Source of the DNA: Candidatus Latescibacterota bacterium | GTDB taxonomy: Bacteria; Latescibacterota; UBA2968; GCA-2709665 | Direction: 5' to 3' | Length of the DNA stretch: 64,000 bases | NCBI GenBank assembly: GCA_965226795.1 | Contig: CBDDDZ010000005.1 | Coordinates: forward strand, 2,752,001-2,816,000 | In this document: positions 38,652 through 48,762 of the stretch, piece after piece | How positions within the stretch are numbered: position 1 is the first letter of the stretch | Layout of the letters: each line of letters begins with the position of its first letter | The notes under the pieces: generated by a model | Databases searched by the model: none | The model's input: only the letters and a program-made list of their open reading frames with translations | What the model was told of the DNA's origin: nothing | Program-made: the position numbers and the translations under genes

Positions 38652-40043
38652 ATGAAAACAAGAGACATCATCGACGTCGACGAGCCAAACCTCCTCGACG
38701 AACAATTCGGCTACAACCTGCCTCCCGGAATTCTGTTTGACGGCCCCCTGTACGAAGAAATTGGAGACCGGCTCGTCAGATTCGACCCGGAGGAAGCCCT
38801 CGCCCGCGACCTCGTCATTACCGATACCACTTTTCGGGACGGCCAGCAGGCCCGCCCGCCGTATACGGTGGAACAGCAGGTCAGACTCTACGATATGATG
38901 GCCAGGCTCGGCGGGCCAAACGGCATTATCCGCCAGACCGAGTTCTTTCTCTACACCAAAAACGACCGACGCACCCTGGAAGAATGCCGTGCGCTCGGGC
39001 ACCGTTTTCCCGAAATCACCTCCTGGATCCGGGCCGACAAGGGAGACTTTCGCCTGGTCAAGGAAGCAGGTGTACGGGAAACCGGGATGCTCACGCCCAG
39101 TTCCGACTATCACATCTTTTACAAACTCAAAAAAGACCGCAGGAAGGCATTCAACGACTACCTGGAGGTCGTCGAAGCCGCCTGGGAATCCGGCATAAGA
39201 CCACGGTGCCACCTGGAGGACGTCACCCGAGCGGACATCGAAGGCTACGTGTTGCCATTCGTCCAGGAACTGATGCGCCGTTCCGAGCAGGTGCCGCCGG
39301 AACTCCGCGCCAAAATCCGGCTCTGCGACACCATGGGTTTCGGGATCAGCTATCCCGGGGCGCGCCTCCCGCGCTCAATTCCCAAACTCGTCTACCGGAT
39401 GACCAACGACGGCGGGGTTCCGCACGATTGTCTGGAATGGCATGGGCACAACGACTTCCACAAAGTTCACGTCAACGGGGCTACCGCCTGGCTCTACGGC
39501 TGCAATGCACTCAACACGACGTTGTTCGGTTTCGGCGAACGCACCGGCAACCCTCCCCTCGAAGGTGCGATACTCGAATATATCGGCCTGCGCGGAAGCC
39601 TTTGCGGCATAGATACCATGATGATCCAGGAAATGGCCGGCTACATGCGCTCCATCGGCGTTGACATCGCTCCAAACTACCCGTTTGTGGGCAGGGATTT
39701 CAACACCACGAGGGCCGGCATCCACGCGGGCGGCCTGCGTTCCGATGAACGCATCTACAACATTTTCGATACCACCGCACTGTTCGGACGACCACCCCGG
39801 GTGGCGATAACGGACAAAACCGGTGTCGACGGGGTTGCCCTCTGGGTCAATGAGTTCCTGGGTCTCAAGGGCAACGCCCGGCTCAGCAAAATCAAAGTTC
39901 ACAAAATCGCCCGGTGGGTTATGGATCAGTACGAAATTCATGGTCGAATGAGCGCAATTACGGACAAGGAACTGGAAGAACAGGTCAAAATCAACCTCCC
40001 GGACCGGTACGCAATTTTTCAGGCCGGCCGCAAGGCCGGCTGA
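38652..40043 (+). CDS. Re-citrate synthase-like DRE-TIM metallolyase
   Basis: DTTFRDGQQARPPYTVEQ, IRQTEFFLY, SDYHIF, HLEDVTRAD, EWHGHNDF, GERTGN, TRAGIHA. Confidence 0.85.
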   Translation: MKTRDIIDVDEPNLLDEQFGYNLPPGILFDGPLYEEIGDRLVRFDPEEALARDLVITDTTFRDGQQARPPYTVEQQVRLYDMMARLGGPNGIIRQTEFFLYTKNDRRTLEECRALGHRFPEITSWIRADKGDFRLVKEAGVRETGMLTPSSDYHIFYKLKKDRRKAFNDYLEVVEAAWESGIRPRCHLEDVTRADIEGYVLPFVQELMRRSEQVPPELRAKIRLCDTMGFGISYPGARLPRSIPKLVYRMTNDGGVPHDCLEWHGHNDFHKVHVNGATAWLYGCNALNTTLFGFGERTGNPPLEGAILEYIGLRGSLCGIDTMMIQEMAGYMRSIGVDIAPNYPFVGRDFNTTRAGIHAGGLRSDERIYNIFDTTALFGRPPRVAITDKTGVDGVALWVNEFLGLKGNARLSKIKVHKIARWVMDQYEIHGRMSAITDKELEEQVKINLPDRYAIFQAGRKAG

Positions 40044-40086
40044 TCCGCCCGTTTCGCAGTAAATTTTCGGATGATGGCGACTTATC

Positions 40087-41106
40087 GTGACGACCCGTAC
40101 CGTCTCCCACACCGCACTTAACGCCTTTTGCGTTGACCTCCTCAAAGCGGCCGGTGTACCTGAATCCGACGCCGGAATCACGGCCCGTATCCAGGTTGAA
40201 GCAGACCTTCGTGGCGTACATTCCCATGGCGCGCGCGGAATTGCGGGCTACATCCGCCAGATCCTGAGAGGCGAGATCAACCCGAATGCCCAGCCCCGGG
40301 TCCTTAGCGAAGGGGCCGCGTACGTCCATATGGACGCGGATAACGCCCTAGGACAGGTGGCCGCGTATAAGGCTATGCAGCGCGCCATCCAGAAAGCGGA
40401 AGGGGCGGGCATCGGGATGGCCGCCGTCCGCAATACCAATCACTATGGCGCCGCAGCCTACTATGTGAACATGGCGGTCGAGGCCGGTATGGTGGGCTTC
40501 AACACCACCGGTGGACGCAAAAACCGAGGAAACATGGCGCCGTACGGCAGCATCGAACCCGCCATCGGGAACGCGCCCTTCGCCTACGGTATCCCCGCCG
40601 GCCGGGAACGCCCCATCATCCTCGACATGGCCACCGGGGTAGTTGCCGCCGGAAAAATCGGCATCGCCAGGGACCGAGGCGAGAAAATCCCGCTGGGCTG
40701 GGCTCTGGACGCGGCGGGGCAACCCACCGACGACCCCCGGGAAGCCCATATTGTCGTACCCCTCGGGCCAAAAGGATCGGGCCTCGCCATCGTGATGCAA
40801 TGTATCGGCGGCATCCTGGCCGGCGCCGCCTTTCCTGACGTCGAAAAGTTCGGCTATCTGTTCATCGCGATCAATGTATCCACGTTCGCCGATCCGGAAT
40901 CCTTCACAACGGAAGTTGACACCCGTATTCAGACCATCCGCGAGGCCAGACCCGCAACCGGCGTAGACCGCGTCTACTACCCGGGAGAACCTGAATGGAT
41001 CGCTCGCGAGCGCAACCTCGAAAACGGCATCCCCATGCTTCTTCCCCATGTGACCGACCTGGAATCCGTTGCTACCGAACTGGGCGTCTCGAAGCGATTG
41101 GGATGA
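40087..41106 (+). CDS. Ldh_2 family (malate/L-lactate/ureidoglycolate dehydrogenase-like) oxidoreductase
   Basis: ADLRGVHSHG, NHYGAA, LDMAT, GPKGSGLA, YPGEPE. Confidence 0.9.
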   Translation: MTTRTVSHTALNAFCVDLLKAAGVPESDAGITARIQVEADLRGVHSHGARGIAGYIRQILRGEINPNAQPRVLSEGAAYVHMDADNALGQVAAYKAMQRAIQKAEGAGIGMAAVRNTNHYGAAAYYVNMAVEAGMVGFNTTGGRKNRGNMAPYGSIEPAIGNAPFAYGIPAGRERPIILDMATGVVAAGKIGIARDRGEKIPLGWALDAAGQPTDDPREAHIVVPLGPKGSGLAIVMQCIGGILAGAAFPDVEKFGYLFIAINVSTFADPESFTTEVDTRIQTIREARPATGVDRVYYPGEPEWIARERNLENGIPMLLPHVTDLESVATELGVSKRLG

Positions 41107-41192
41107 CACACCCGCGGCAGATCCGCGGCTGGTAATGAAGTCTTTTATATCCGAGCCATCGTCGAGGCCCCTTCCCGCGCTGCGAAAAACCG

Positions 41193-41927
41193 ATGGACAT
41201 CCTCGTCCTGACAGCCACCGCTTTCGAGCAGGAAACGCTCCGCCGGAGTATTCCGCATCCGACGACGCGGACATTCGCCTACCGCGCACGCACGGAGGGC
41301 GAACTGGGGCCCCGTCGCGTCGCCCTGATCGAAACCGGTATCGGCGCCGTCAATACGGCCCAGGCGCTGACCGCCGCTCTGGAATCCTGTCGACCCGACT
41401 TCGTTCTGCAAATCGGCGTCGGCGGCGCCTACGCCGGCTCGCAACTGGACGCGGGAGACCTCGCCGTGGCCACCGAAGAGAACGACGGGGAACTTGGGGT
41501 CCTCGCACCGGACGGCTGGCTGCCGGCAGATACCATCGGCATCCCCGTCCTCAGCAAGATCCGAAACCACTACAATACCTTTCCGCTTGATACGTTCCTT
41601 GCCCGACAGGCGGTGACTCGGATCCTCAATGCCGCGTGGCCGGATGGAACCCCGGCCGTGCGTTCCGGTCCTTTTGTCACCGTACAACAATGCAGTGGCC
41701 TCGCCGCCAGAGGCAGCGAACTCGCCGCGCGGTTCAACGCCATCTGCGAGAATATGGAAGGCGCGGCCGCCGCGCATCTCTGCACGCTATACGAGGTTCC
41801 TTTCGTGGAACTGCGAGGCATCAGCAACCTCGTCGAAGACCGGAACCCCGGAGCATGGAAGCTTGGTCTGGCGGCCGCGAACGCGCAACAGGCTGCCCAT
41901 GTCCTGATAGAGGACCTGACGCCCTGA
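41193..41927 (+). CDS. mqnB: Futalosine hydrolase
   Basis: PNP/MTAN fold (GIGAVNTA, GVGGAY, TVQQCSG, ENMEGAAAA, RGISNLVEDR); adjacent to mqnD. Confidence 0.85.
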   Translation: MDILVLTATAFEQETLRRSIPHPTTRTFAYRARTEGELGPRRVALIETGIGAVNTAQALTAALESCRPDFVLQIGVGGAYAGSQLDAGDLAVATEENDGELGVLAPDGWLPADTIGIPVLSKIRNHYNTFPLDTFLARQAVTRILNAAWPDGTPAVRSGPFVTVQQCSGLAARGSELAARFNAICENMEGAAAAHLCTLYEVPFVELRGISNLVEDRNPGAWKLGLAAANAQQAAHVLIEDLTP

Positions 41928-42072
41928 ACCGTATAATCGTATACAGACCAGGCGTACACGGTCGATAGATTTCATCGGACGCGACCGCAGATGTGACGAT
42001 CAGAAAACCCCTTTCTGACGGCGAATGCATCCCCTTCGGCCAATGTGGAGTTTCGCGGTTCACGAGGACCTT

Positions 42073-42906
42073 ATGGCTTCCGTTTCGCTCGGCTACTCTC
42101 CCAGCCCGAACGACACCTACATCTTCTACGGCCTCGCCCATGGAAAAATCCCCGGTGCGCCCACGTTTGAGACGATTCTCGAAGACATAGAAACCCTAAA
42201 CCGGCTGGCCCTGGATGGCCGATTGGACGTTACCAAGGTCTCCTTTCACGCGCTGGGCCATCTTCGGGACCGGTACTGCCTCCTCCACTCGGGCGGCGCG
42301 CTGGGCCGCGGCTGCGGCCCGCTCATTGTTGCCGCCACACCCCTTCAGCCGTCGGATTTGACCGGCGGAAAAATCGCGATTCCCGGAAGACTGACCACCG
42401 CGGTCCTGCTGTTGCGCCTGTTCGATCCGTCCCTCGACGAACTCGTCGTTCTGCCCTACCACCGCATCATGGATGCCGTACGGATCGGCGAAGTCCGCGC
42501 CGGGCTCATCATTCACGAAAGCCGATTTAACTTTCCGAATTTCGGACTGCACGAAGTCATCGATCTGGGCGAATGGTGGGAACGCACCACCGGCCACCCC
42601 ATTCCGCTGGGAGGCATCCTTGCCCGCCGGGACCTGGGCGCCGACCGGATCCGGGCCATTGATAAGGTTGTACAAAAAAGCGTGGATTACGCCCACACGC
42701 ATGCGGACAGGGTCCGAAACGACATCCGCCGGTACGCCCCGGAAATCGATGCGCCCGTCGCGCAACATCACATTGACCTCTACGTCAACGCCTACACAAG
42801 GGACTACGGGCCGGACGGTGAGGCCGCCATTGCCGATCTCGTCGCCCGCGCCGAAACCGCTCGCATTATTCCCGCATCGGACAAATCTCTCTTTATCGAT
42901 GGTTAA
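42073..42906 (+). CDS. mqnD: 1,4-dihydroxy-6-naphthoate synthase
   Basis: GYSPSPNDT, DIETLN, GGALGRGCGP, IIHESRF, DLGEWWE, PLGG, HIDLYVN. Confidence 0.92.
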   Translation: MASVSLGYSPSPNDTYIFYGLAHGKIPGAPTFETILEDIETLNRLALDGRLDVTKVSFHALGHLRDRYCLLHSGGALGRGCGPLIVAATPLQPSDLTGGKIAIPGRLTTAVLLLRLFDPSLDELVVLPYHRIMDAVRIGEVRAGLIIHESRFNFPNFGLHEVIDLGEWWERTTGHPIPLGGILARRDLGADRIRAIDKVVQKSVDYAHTHADRVRNDIRRYAPEIDAPVAQHHIDLYVNAYTRDYGPDGEAAIADLVARAETARIIPASDKSLFIDG

Positions 42907-42924
42907 GTGAAAGGAACCGCTTCA

Positions 42925-43830
42925 ATGTCGAAACCCAGGATCGGATTCGTCGGACTCGGGATTATGGGAAAACCCATGTCCAAACACCTGCTTCAGGCCG
43001 GTTACGATGTCGTAGTGCACAACCGCAGCCGGGAACCCGTGGCGGAACTGGTTGACGCCGGCGCCCGGGAAGCCCATTCCCCCAAAGCGGTAGCCGAAAA
43101 CAGCGCTATCGTCATCACCATGCTGCCCGACTCCCCGGACGTGGAGGAAGTTGCTCTCGGACCCGGCGGTATTATCGAAGGCGTGAGCCGGGGCGACATC
43201 TACGTCGACATGAGCACCATCGCTCCCAGCGTTGCCCTGAACGTCGGCAAGGCAATGGCCAGGAAAGGCGTTCACTGCCTGGACGCGCCGGTAAGCGGAG
43301 GCGATGTCGGAGCGCGGAATGCCACACTTTCCATAATGGTGGGCGGAGAAGAGGATGTATTCAACACAGTACAACCCGTCTTCGCGGCGATGGGACAGAA
43401 TATCGTGCTCTGCGGACCCCTCGGCGCCGGTCAGACCGTGAAAGCCTGCAACCAGGTCCTGGTTGCCGTCACGATTGCCGGAGTGTCGGAAGCATTGACG
43501 CTCGGCGCCAAGGCGGGCGTCGACCCTGCAAACATCGTCCAGGTCCTGAGCGGGGGCCTTGCCCGCTGCGGCGTACTCGAGAACCGGGGGGAACGCATGG
43601 TCAACGGAGACTTCGACCCCGGCTTCCGCATCCGACTCCACTACAAGGATCTCAACATTATCATGAAAACCGGCAGCGACTACAATGTGCCGCTGCCGGT
43701 TACGAGCATCGTTCATGAATTGTTCAACCTGGCGCTGGCCAAGAACCGGGGCGAACTGGATCACACCGGCCTGCTGACCGTCGTCGAAGACCTGGCCGGT
43801 GTCAAGGCCCGGACCGCCCGACCGCGCTGA
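42925..43830 (+). CDS. garR: 2-hydroxy-3-oxopropionate reductase (tartronate semialdehyde reductase-like)
   Basis: GFVGLGIMGKPM, MLPDSPDV, DAPVSGG, GAGQTVKACNQ, PGFRIRLHYKDL. Confidence 0.82.
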   Translation: MSKPRIGFVGLGIMGKPMSKHLLQAGYDVVVHNRSREPVAELVDAGAREAHSPKAVAENSAIVITMLPDSPDVEEVALGPGGIIEGVSRGDIYVDMSTIAPSVALNVGKAMARKGVHCLDAPVSGGDVGARNATLSIMVGGEEDVFNTVQPVFAAMGQNIVLCGPLGAGQTVKACNQVLVAVTIAGVSEALTLGAKAGVDPANIVQVLSGGLARCGVLENRGERMVNGDFDPGFRIRLHYKDLNIIMKTGSDYNVPLPVTSIVHELFNLALAKNRGELDHTGLLTVVEDLAGVKARTARPR

Positions 43831-43837
43831 CGCGCCC

Positions 43838-44407
43838 TCAAGCCGTCCAGCGCATCACGTCGCCCAGCGGCTTTCGCCTGGGCGAGGGTATCTCCCTGGG
43901 ATACCCCATATAGAAGAATCCGATGATATACTCCCGGTCCTGCTCCACGCCGAGCAAATCGTACGTCTCCTTCTGCATTGTAATGGGTCCCGTGCTCCAC
44001 TGCATACCCACCCCCAGTTCCCAGGCCGCGAGTTGCACGTTTTGCATTGCGCAACAGACCGCCGCATAATCCTCCCGCCGCCGCTGTTCGTCTCCCTCCT
44101 GCAGGCAGGATACTGCCACGATTGTGGGCTTGGACATGAACTTGTCGTAACCCGCCTGCCAGAGCTTCTTCCGGTTTTCTTTGTCGACGTGGTCGGGCGC
44201 CTTGCCCTCCTGGATGTCCCCGTATCGCCGCCCCAGCGTCTCTTTCGTCCGTTCCCCGAGAACGACAAAACGCCACGGCTCCGTTACATGGTGATTCGGC
44301 GCCCACGGGCCGAACTCGAATATGCGCGTCAGCGTCTCGTCAGACACGGGCCTGGAACTGAATTTAAAGATCGTCCGCCGCGCCCTCAGCACATCGAGAA
44401 CATCCAT
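43838..44407 (-). CDS. Nitroreductase family protein
   Basis: RRTIFKF, WAPNHHVTEPWRF, EDYAA..CAMQN..LAA, GYP. Confidence 0.88.
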   Translation of the reverse strand: MDVLDVLRARRTIFKFSSRPVSDETLTRIFEFGPWAPNHHVTEPWRFVVLGERTKETLGRRYGDIQEGKAPDHVDKENRKKLWQAGYDKFMSKPTIVAVSCLQEGDEQRRREDYAAVCCAMQNVQLAAWELGVGMQWSTGPITMQKETYDLLGVEQDREYIIGFFYMGYPREIPSPRRKPLGDVMRWTA

Positions 44408-44486
44408 CCCGACCCTCCACAAAATGGACAAGCACCGGGTCACCTCGGATGAGTTTCACCCATGGACCCCTGTGATGACCGCGTGT

Positions 44487-45740
44487 TCATACCCGTTGTC
44501 CCACCAACGCCTCTGTGACCTTCCGAACCGCCCGGGCAGCGGCGTTCGCCTCGTCCACGGTATTGTGCTGGGTCATCCTGACCGCGCCTACCCGTTCTCC
44601 GTAGGTCCTGGCATTCGGACACGCCTCAAGCGGATACGCTCCCTTTTTCAGCCGGCCGGGCCTGTAGCTGTTGAATACTGCCGGATCCCGGTGCAGCCTG
44701 CGGAAAACCTGCCATCCGACCACATACTGCTGAGGGTTCGGGAATGCCGGAATGCCTTCCGCCGCGACCATCCGGCAGAAGTCCACCGCATTCACCCCGA
44801 GCACCTCCGGGTCTACGGAAAACAACGCCCACCAGTAACTGGGCTTCGTCCCTGCCGGCTGCGGATGCGGCTTGACGCCCGGAAGCCCCGAAATCCCTTG
44901 CTCAAAAGCCTCGCCGAACGCCTGGCGACTGGCAATCCACCCCGGCACCCGCTTCAGTTGCACCGATGCCAATGCGGCGTTAACGTCGCTCAGCCGCACA
45001 TTCAACGCCGGAAAGGCGGGTGTCGCCGGTGCTCCCGGGAACCTCGGGTAGCATTTGTCGGAAAACAAATCCGCCGTTTCGGCCAGTTTGCGCCGGCGGG
45101 TCAGAACAAACCCGCCCTCGCCCGACTTCATGTGTTTGCTCTCGTTTGTGCTCCACGCGCCAAGTTGGCCGAACGTGCCGAGATACCTGCCCTTGATGGA
45201 CGCGAGATGCGCCTGTGCGCAATCCTCGATGACGAACAGCCGATGGCTGCGGGCGACTCTCATGACCGCGGGCATATCCACTGCGTACCCCCCGTTATGA
45301 ATCGGCATGATCGCCCGTGTAAACGGCGTGATTGATGCTTCCATCGCGGCGACATCCATCAATAGCCCGTCCGGCTGCACGTCGGCAAAAACCGGAATCG
45401 CGTTCAACTGGAATATCCCCATAATGCTGCCGTAGTCGGTGAGCGGGCTCAATATGACCTCGTCTCCCGCGCCGATACCCGCAGCTGCCAACGCCACGTG
45501 GATGGCTGCGCTCCCCGAACTCGTCGGCACGGCATATGGCAACCCGTAGAGCTTCTGCAACCCCTCGCGATAGGCCATGACGGCCTTGCCCCGAGCCAGC
45601 GGCAGCGCCGGGCCGGCAAGCAGCTTCTCCAGCGCAGCCAGTTCCTCCCTGAAGTGGAACGCTCCCGAACGCCAAGGCTTGCGGTATACGGGCCTGCCGC
45701 CGTGAATCGCCAGATCGGACTTCCTCGAACCCTTAGCCAA
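44487..45740 (-). CDS. DegT/DnrJ/EryC1/StrS family PLP aminotransferase
   Basis: SSGSAAIH, GDEVI, IEDCAQAH, SKHMKSGEGG. Confidence 0.9.
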   Translation of the reverse strand: MAKGSRKSDLAIHGGRPVYRKPWRSGAFHFREELAALEKLLAGPALPLARGKAVMAYREGLQKLYGLPYAVPTSSGSAAIHVALAAAGIGAGDEVILSPLTDYGSIMGIFQLNAIPVFADVQPDGLLMDVAAMEASITPFTRAIMPIHNGGYAVDMPAVMRVARSHRLFVIEDCAQAHLASIKGRYLGTFGQLGAWSTNESKHMKSGEGGFVLTRRRKLAETADLFSDKCYPRFPGAPATPAFPALNVRLSDVNAALASVQLKRVPGWIASRQAFGEAFEQGISGLPGVKPHPQPAGTKPSYWWALFSVDPEVLGVNAVDFCRMVAAEGIPAFPNPQQYVVGWQVFRRLHRDPAVFNSYRPGRLKKGAYPLEACPNARTYGERVGAVRMTQHNTVDEANAAARAVRKVTEALVGQRV

Positions 45741-45796
45741 ACCACCCTCCTCGAGTCTTGAACAGCCATACCGGCAGGTCCTGACACCTGCGGCGG

Positions 45797-46903
45797 CTAT
45801 ATCCCTAAGGAAACCGCGTATTTTTCCAGCACCTCTCTGTCAATCTCAATTCCCAGGCCCGGTTGCTGTATCAGCGGCACGTACCCGTCCACGGCCTGGA
45901 TCGGCTCTTTGGCAAGCTCGGTACGCAGCCGGTTCTCGGTCATGTCGAATTCAAATAACGATGGGAACGGATTCAGCGTATCGGGCGCGTCGGGCAGGGT
46001 TGCCTGCCAGTGTATCGTCGCGGCCAGACGAATACCGGTTCCCCACATGTGGGGCAACACGCGCACGTGGTTGGCGCTTGCCAGCGCCGCAATTTTCCGG
46101 CACTCCGTAAATCCGCCGGCGTCGCTGATGTCGGGCTGAACGATATCCAGCCCCCGTTTCTGGATAAGGTTGCGAAACTCCCACCGGCCCTGGAGCGCCT
46201 CGCCACCCGCGACGCGCACCCCCAACGCCTGACGAATCTCGCGGTAGCCGGCCACATCGTCGGTTGAAATCGGTTCCTCAAACCACAACAGATCGTTCTC
46301 CAGGAGCCGACGCCCGACGTCTATCGCCATGCCGGTATCGTAACCGCAATTGGCGTCCACCGCAAGTAGAATCGAATCGCCGATCGCACCGCGCACGGCG
46401 GCGACGTTTTTTACATCGTAATCCACGCCGAATCCGATCTTCATCTTCACCGCCCGAAACCCCATATCCACGTACGACCCCGCCTCTTCAATTAACGACA
46501 GGGTCATCTCGGCCTTCCGTTGCCTGAACAATCCGCTGGCATAGGCCGGAATCCGTTCCCGGAACGCACCGCCCAACAGACGGTATATGGGCATCTCCAG
46601 GGCTCTGCCCACAATATCCCACAGCGCGATATCCACGGCGCTCAGTTCGGAAAAACCGACACCGCCCCGCAGATACAGATCGTTCCAGATGACTTCAACA
46701 TCAAACGGATCGCGGCCCACGAGCCGCGCCCGCAGCGCCGTCTCGTTCAGACCCGCGACCCCTTCACCCCATCCCGTCACACCCGCGTCCGTGATGACCT
46801 CGATCACACCGGCCGTCCGGGCCGTATTCCAGGCGATCGAGTTCGCAAACGGCTCTTCCAGGGGGTAACGGAGATTGTAGACCTTGATATCGGTTATCTT
46901 CAT
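45797..46903 (-). CDS. Mandelate racemase/muconate lactonizing enzyme family (galactarolactone cycloisomerase-like)
   Basis: DIALWD, KMKIG, VDAN, WFEEP, GGE, QPD, PHMWG. Confidence 0.88.
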   Translation of the reverse strand: MKITDIKVYNLRYPLEEPFANSIAWNTARTAGVIEVITDAGVTGWGEGVAGLNETALRARLVGRDPFDVEVIWNDLYLRGGVGFSELSAVDIALWDIVGRALEMPIYRLLGGAFRERIPAYASGLFRQRKAEMTLSLIEEAGSYVDMGFRAVKMKIGFGVDYDVKNVAAVRGAIGDSILLAVDANCGYDTGMAIDVGRRLLENDLLWFEEPISTDDVAGYREIRQALGVRVAGGEALQGRWEFRNLIQKRGLDIVQPDISDAGGFTECRKIAALASANHVRVLPHMWGTGIRLAATIHWQATLPDAPDTLNPFPSLFEFDMTENRLRTELAKEPIQAVDGYVPLIQQPGLGIEIDREVLEKYAVSLGI

Positions 46904-46922
46904 TCCGATCTACCGACCTTCA

Positions 46923-47747
46923 TCAAACTGAAGTCCGTCGTCTGTTGTATGCAACCGCCTCCGGGAACCGACCTGTCAGATGGTCCAGTGCTTCGATGAT
47001 TCCGCATTCGCAACTTGAAGCTGCGTACGGCAAGGTCCCGGTAGCGCGAAACCGTTCGCCGTTCGTGACATGAAAATCCCCACGCCGATCCATGAACTGC
47101 CCCCAGTGGCCCATTGTATACCCGATATCGGAGATCATCACAGCGCTCTTCGGCCAACGTTGTGGAAACAGGGAGCGGAACCGCGGCGTGGAATTCATCC
47201 AACTGGAGCAACGCACCATTGTGATTTCAGGGCGCCGGGCCAGTGAATCCAGCAGCATGCGTATCAGGGACGCGGCGAAATGCGTGAACATTTCGCTGAG
47301 GGGCGATCGGGGCCGGTACACGTTGTCGATATGAATATTCAGACGGCCCGACCCGGTATAGTCGTAAGACCAGCATTCGTAGGGCCTTTCCCCCGCGGGA
47401 CCGTCGCCGCCTTTCTTGAGGCGCGCTTCAAGAAAGGGCCACAGCAGGTTCAGCCCCACCACTTCAAATCCGTCTGTTGCGGCATCCTCCTTACACTCGG
47501 AGCACAGGGCCGCCAGCCTGTCGACCACGGCCGCCCACACAGGACCTACATTATCCCTGGATGGATGGTGTTTCCCGTCGTAGAAAGAGGTGTTCCGATA
47601 AATGTTAACCCGCTTATTCACCACGTCGGCAAAGGGTTCCGCCCCGGTTCTCGCCAGGCGCCACACATACCAGAGGGAAAGCCTCGTAAACCCCTTCACA
47701 TAGCGATAACGAACCGATTCCATACCCGGGCGCCGAAATAGCAGCAT
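46923..47747 (-). CDS. Hypothetical protein
   Basis: Long ORF filling the gap in a minus-strand operon; no motif recognised. Confidence 0.65.
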   Translation of the reverse strand: MLLFRRPGMESVRYRYVKGFTRLSLWYVWRLARTGAEPFADVVNKRVNIYRNTSFYDGKHHPSRDNVGPVWAAVVDRLAALCSECKEDAATDGFEVVGLNLLWPFLEARLKKGGDGPAGERPYECWSYDYTGSGRLNIHIDNVYRPRSPLSEMFTHFAASLIRMLLDSLARRPEITMVRCSSWMNSTPRFRSLFPQRWPKSAVMISDIGYTMGHWGQFMDRRGDFHVTNGERFRATGTLPYAASSCECGIIEALDHLTGRFPEAVAYNRRRTSV

Positions 47748-47787
47748 CCATATCGATAACGCGCGACTGGACGCGCGTGAAAGGGGG

Positions 47788-48678
47788 CTATCTTCTCCCT
47801 GGAAACGTCAACTCGGCAACGCCGGACTTATCCAGTTCGCCCTTACCGATCTCAATCATGCGGTCGAACTGCCTCTTGGTCGCATCCGCAAGCGGCAAGT
47901 TCAGCCCGGCGTTTCGCGCGAGATCAAGGGCGATGCCGGAGTCCTTGGCTGCGTGTGCAGACGAGAAATAACATTCGTGATCCCGGGCCACCATGTCCTC
48001 ACCGTCCGTTTCCAACACCCGGGAGTTGGCGCCCGTTTGCGAAAACACCTGCTGCAGCATCTCCAGATCGAGGCCAAGAGCCGCTCCCAGCCCAAGGCCT
48101 TCCGCCAGGCCTGCGGTATTGATATTCATTACCATGTTTACGAGCGCCTTGACCTGCGCCGCCGTTCCGGCCCCTCCAATGTACTTCAAATCCGTGCTAA
48201 TCGAATCCAGGATCGGCCGCACGTCGTCGAATACTTCCTTCTTGCCGCCGCACATCAGATAAAGCGTGCCCTCGCGAGCCTGGGTGATACTGCTTGCCAT
48301 ACACCCCTCCAGGCTTCTGGCGCCCGCCTCTTCCGCCAACGCCTCAACGTCGACGTGCACCTGGGGGGTGATGGTTGCGCAATTGATGAAGACCTTTCCG
48401 TCCGCACGGTGTAGCAGACTATCTCCCTCGGTCGAAAAGACCGCGCGCATCGCGTCGTCGTCTGTGACGACCGTAATGATCTGATCCGCTGCTGCGGTCA
48501 CACCCGCCAGCGCCCCGGATGCCTCGCACCCGAGTTCCCGCGCCAATTCGGCCGCGGTATCGGTTCGGACATCGTAAACTGACGTCACGGAAAATCCGTC
48601 ATCCTTCAGATGCCTTGCAATATTTGCGCCCATTCGCCCGACACCCACCATACCGATTCTGAAATCTGAAGTCGCCAT
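47788..48678 (-). CDS. NAD(P)-dependent oxidoreductase, 3-hydroxyisobutyrate dehydrogenase family
   Basis: GMVGVGRMGANIA, ITVVTDD, QVKALVN, HAAKD; GGAGGT RBS. Confidence 0.88.
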   Translation of the reverse strand: MATSDFRIGMVGVGRMGANIARHLKDDGFSVTSVYDVRTDTAAELARELGCEASGALAGVTAAADQIITVVTDDDAMRAVFSTEGDSLLHRADGKVFINCATITPQVHVDVEALAEEAGARSLEGCMASSITQAREGTLYLMCGGKKEVFDDVRPILDSISTDLKYIGGAGTAAQVKALVNMVMNINTAGLAEGLGLGAALGLDLEMLQQVFSQTGANSRVLETDGEDMVARDHECYFSSAHAAKDSGIALDLARNAGLNLPLADATKRQFDRMIEIGKGELDKSGVAELTFPGRR

Positions 48679-48762
48679 CTTTACCTCCGGCATACAAAGA
48701 GCGTTCAACTGCCGGCGCCATTACCAATGCAGCCAACGGTCGAACGCTCCGGTCGGAACATC

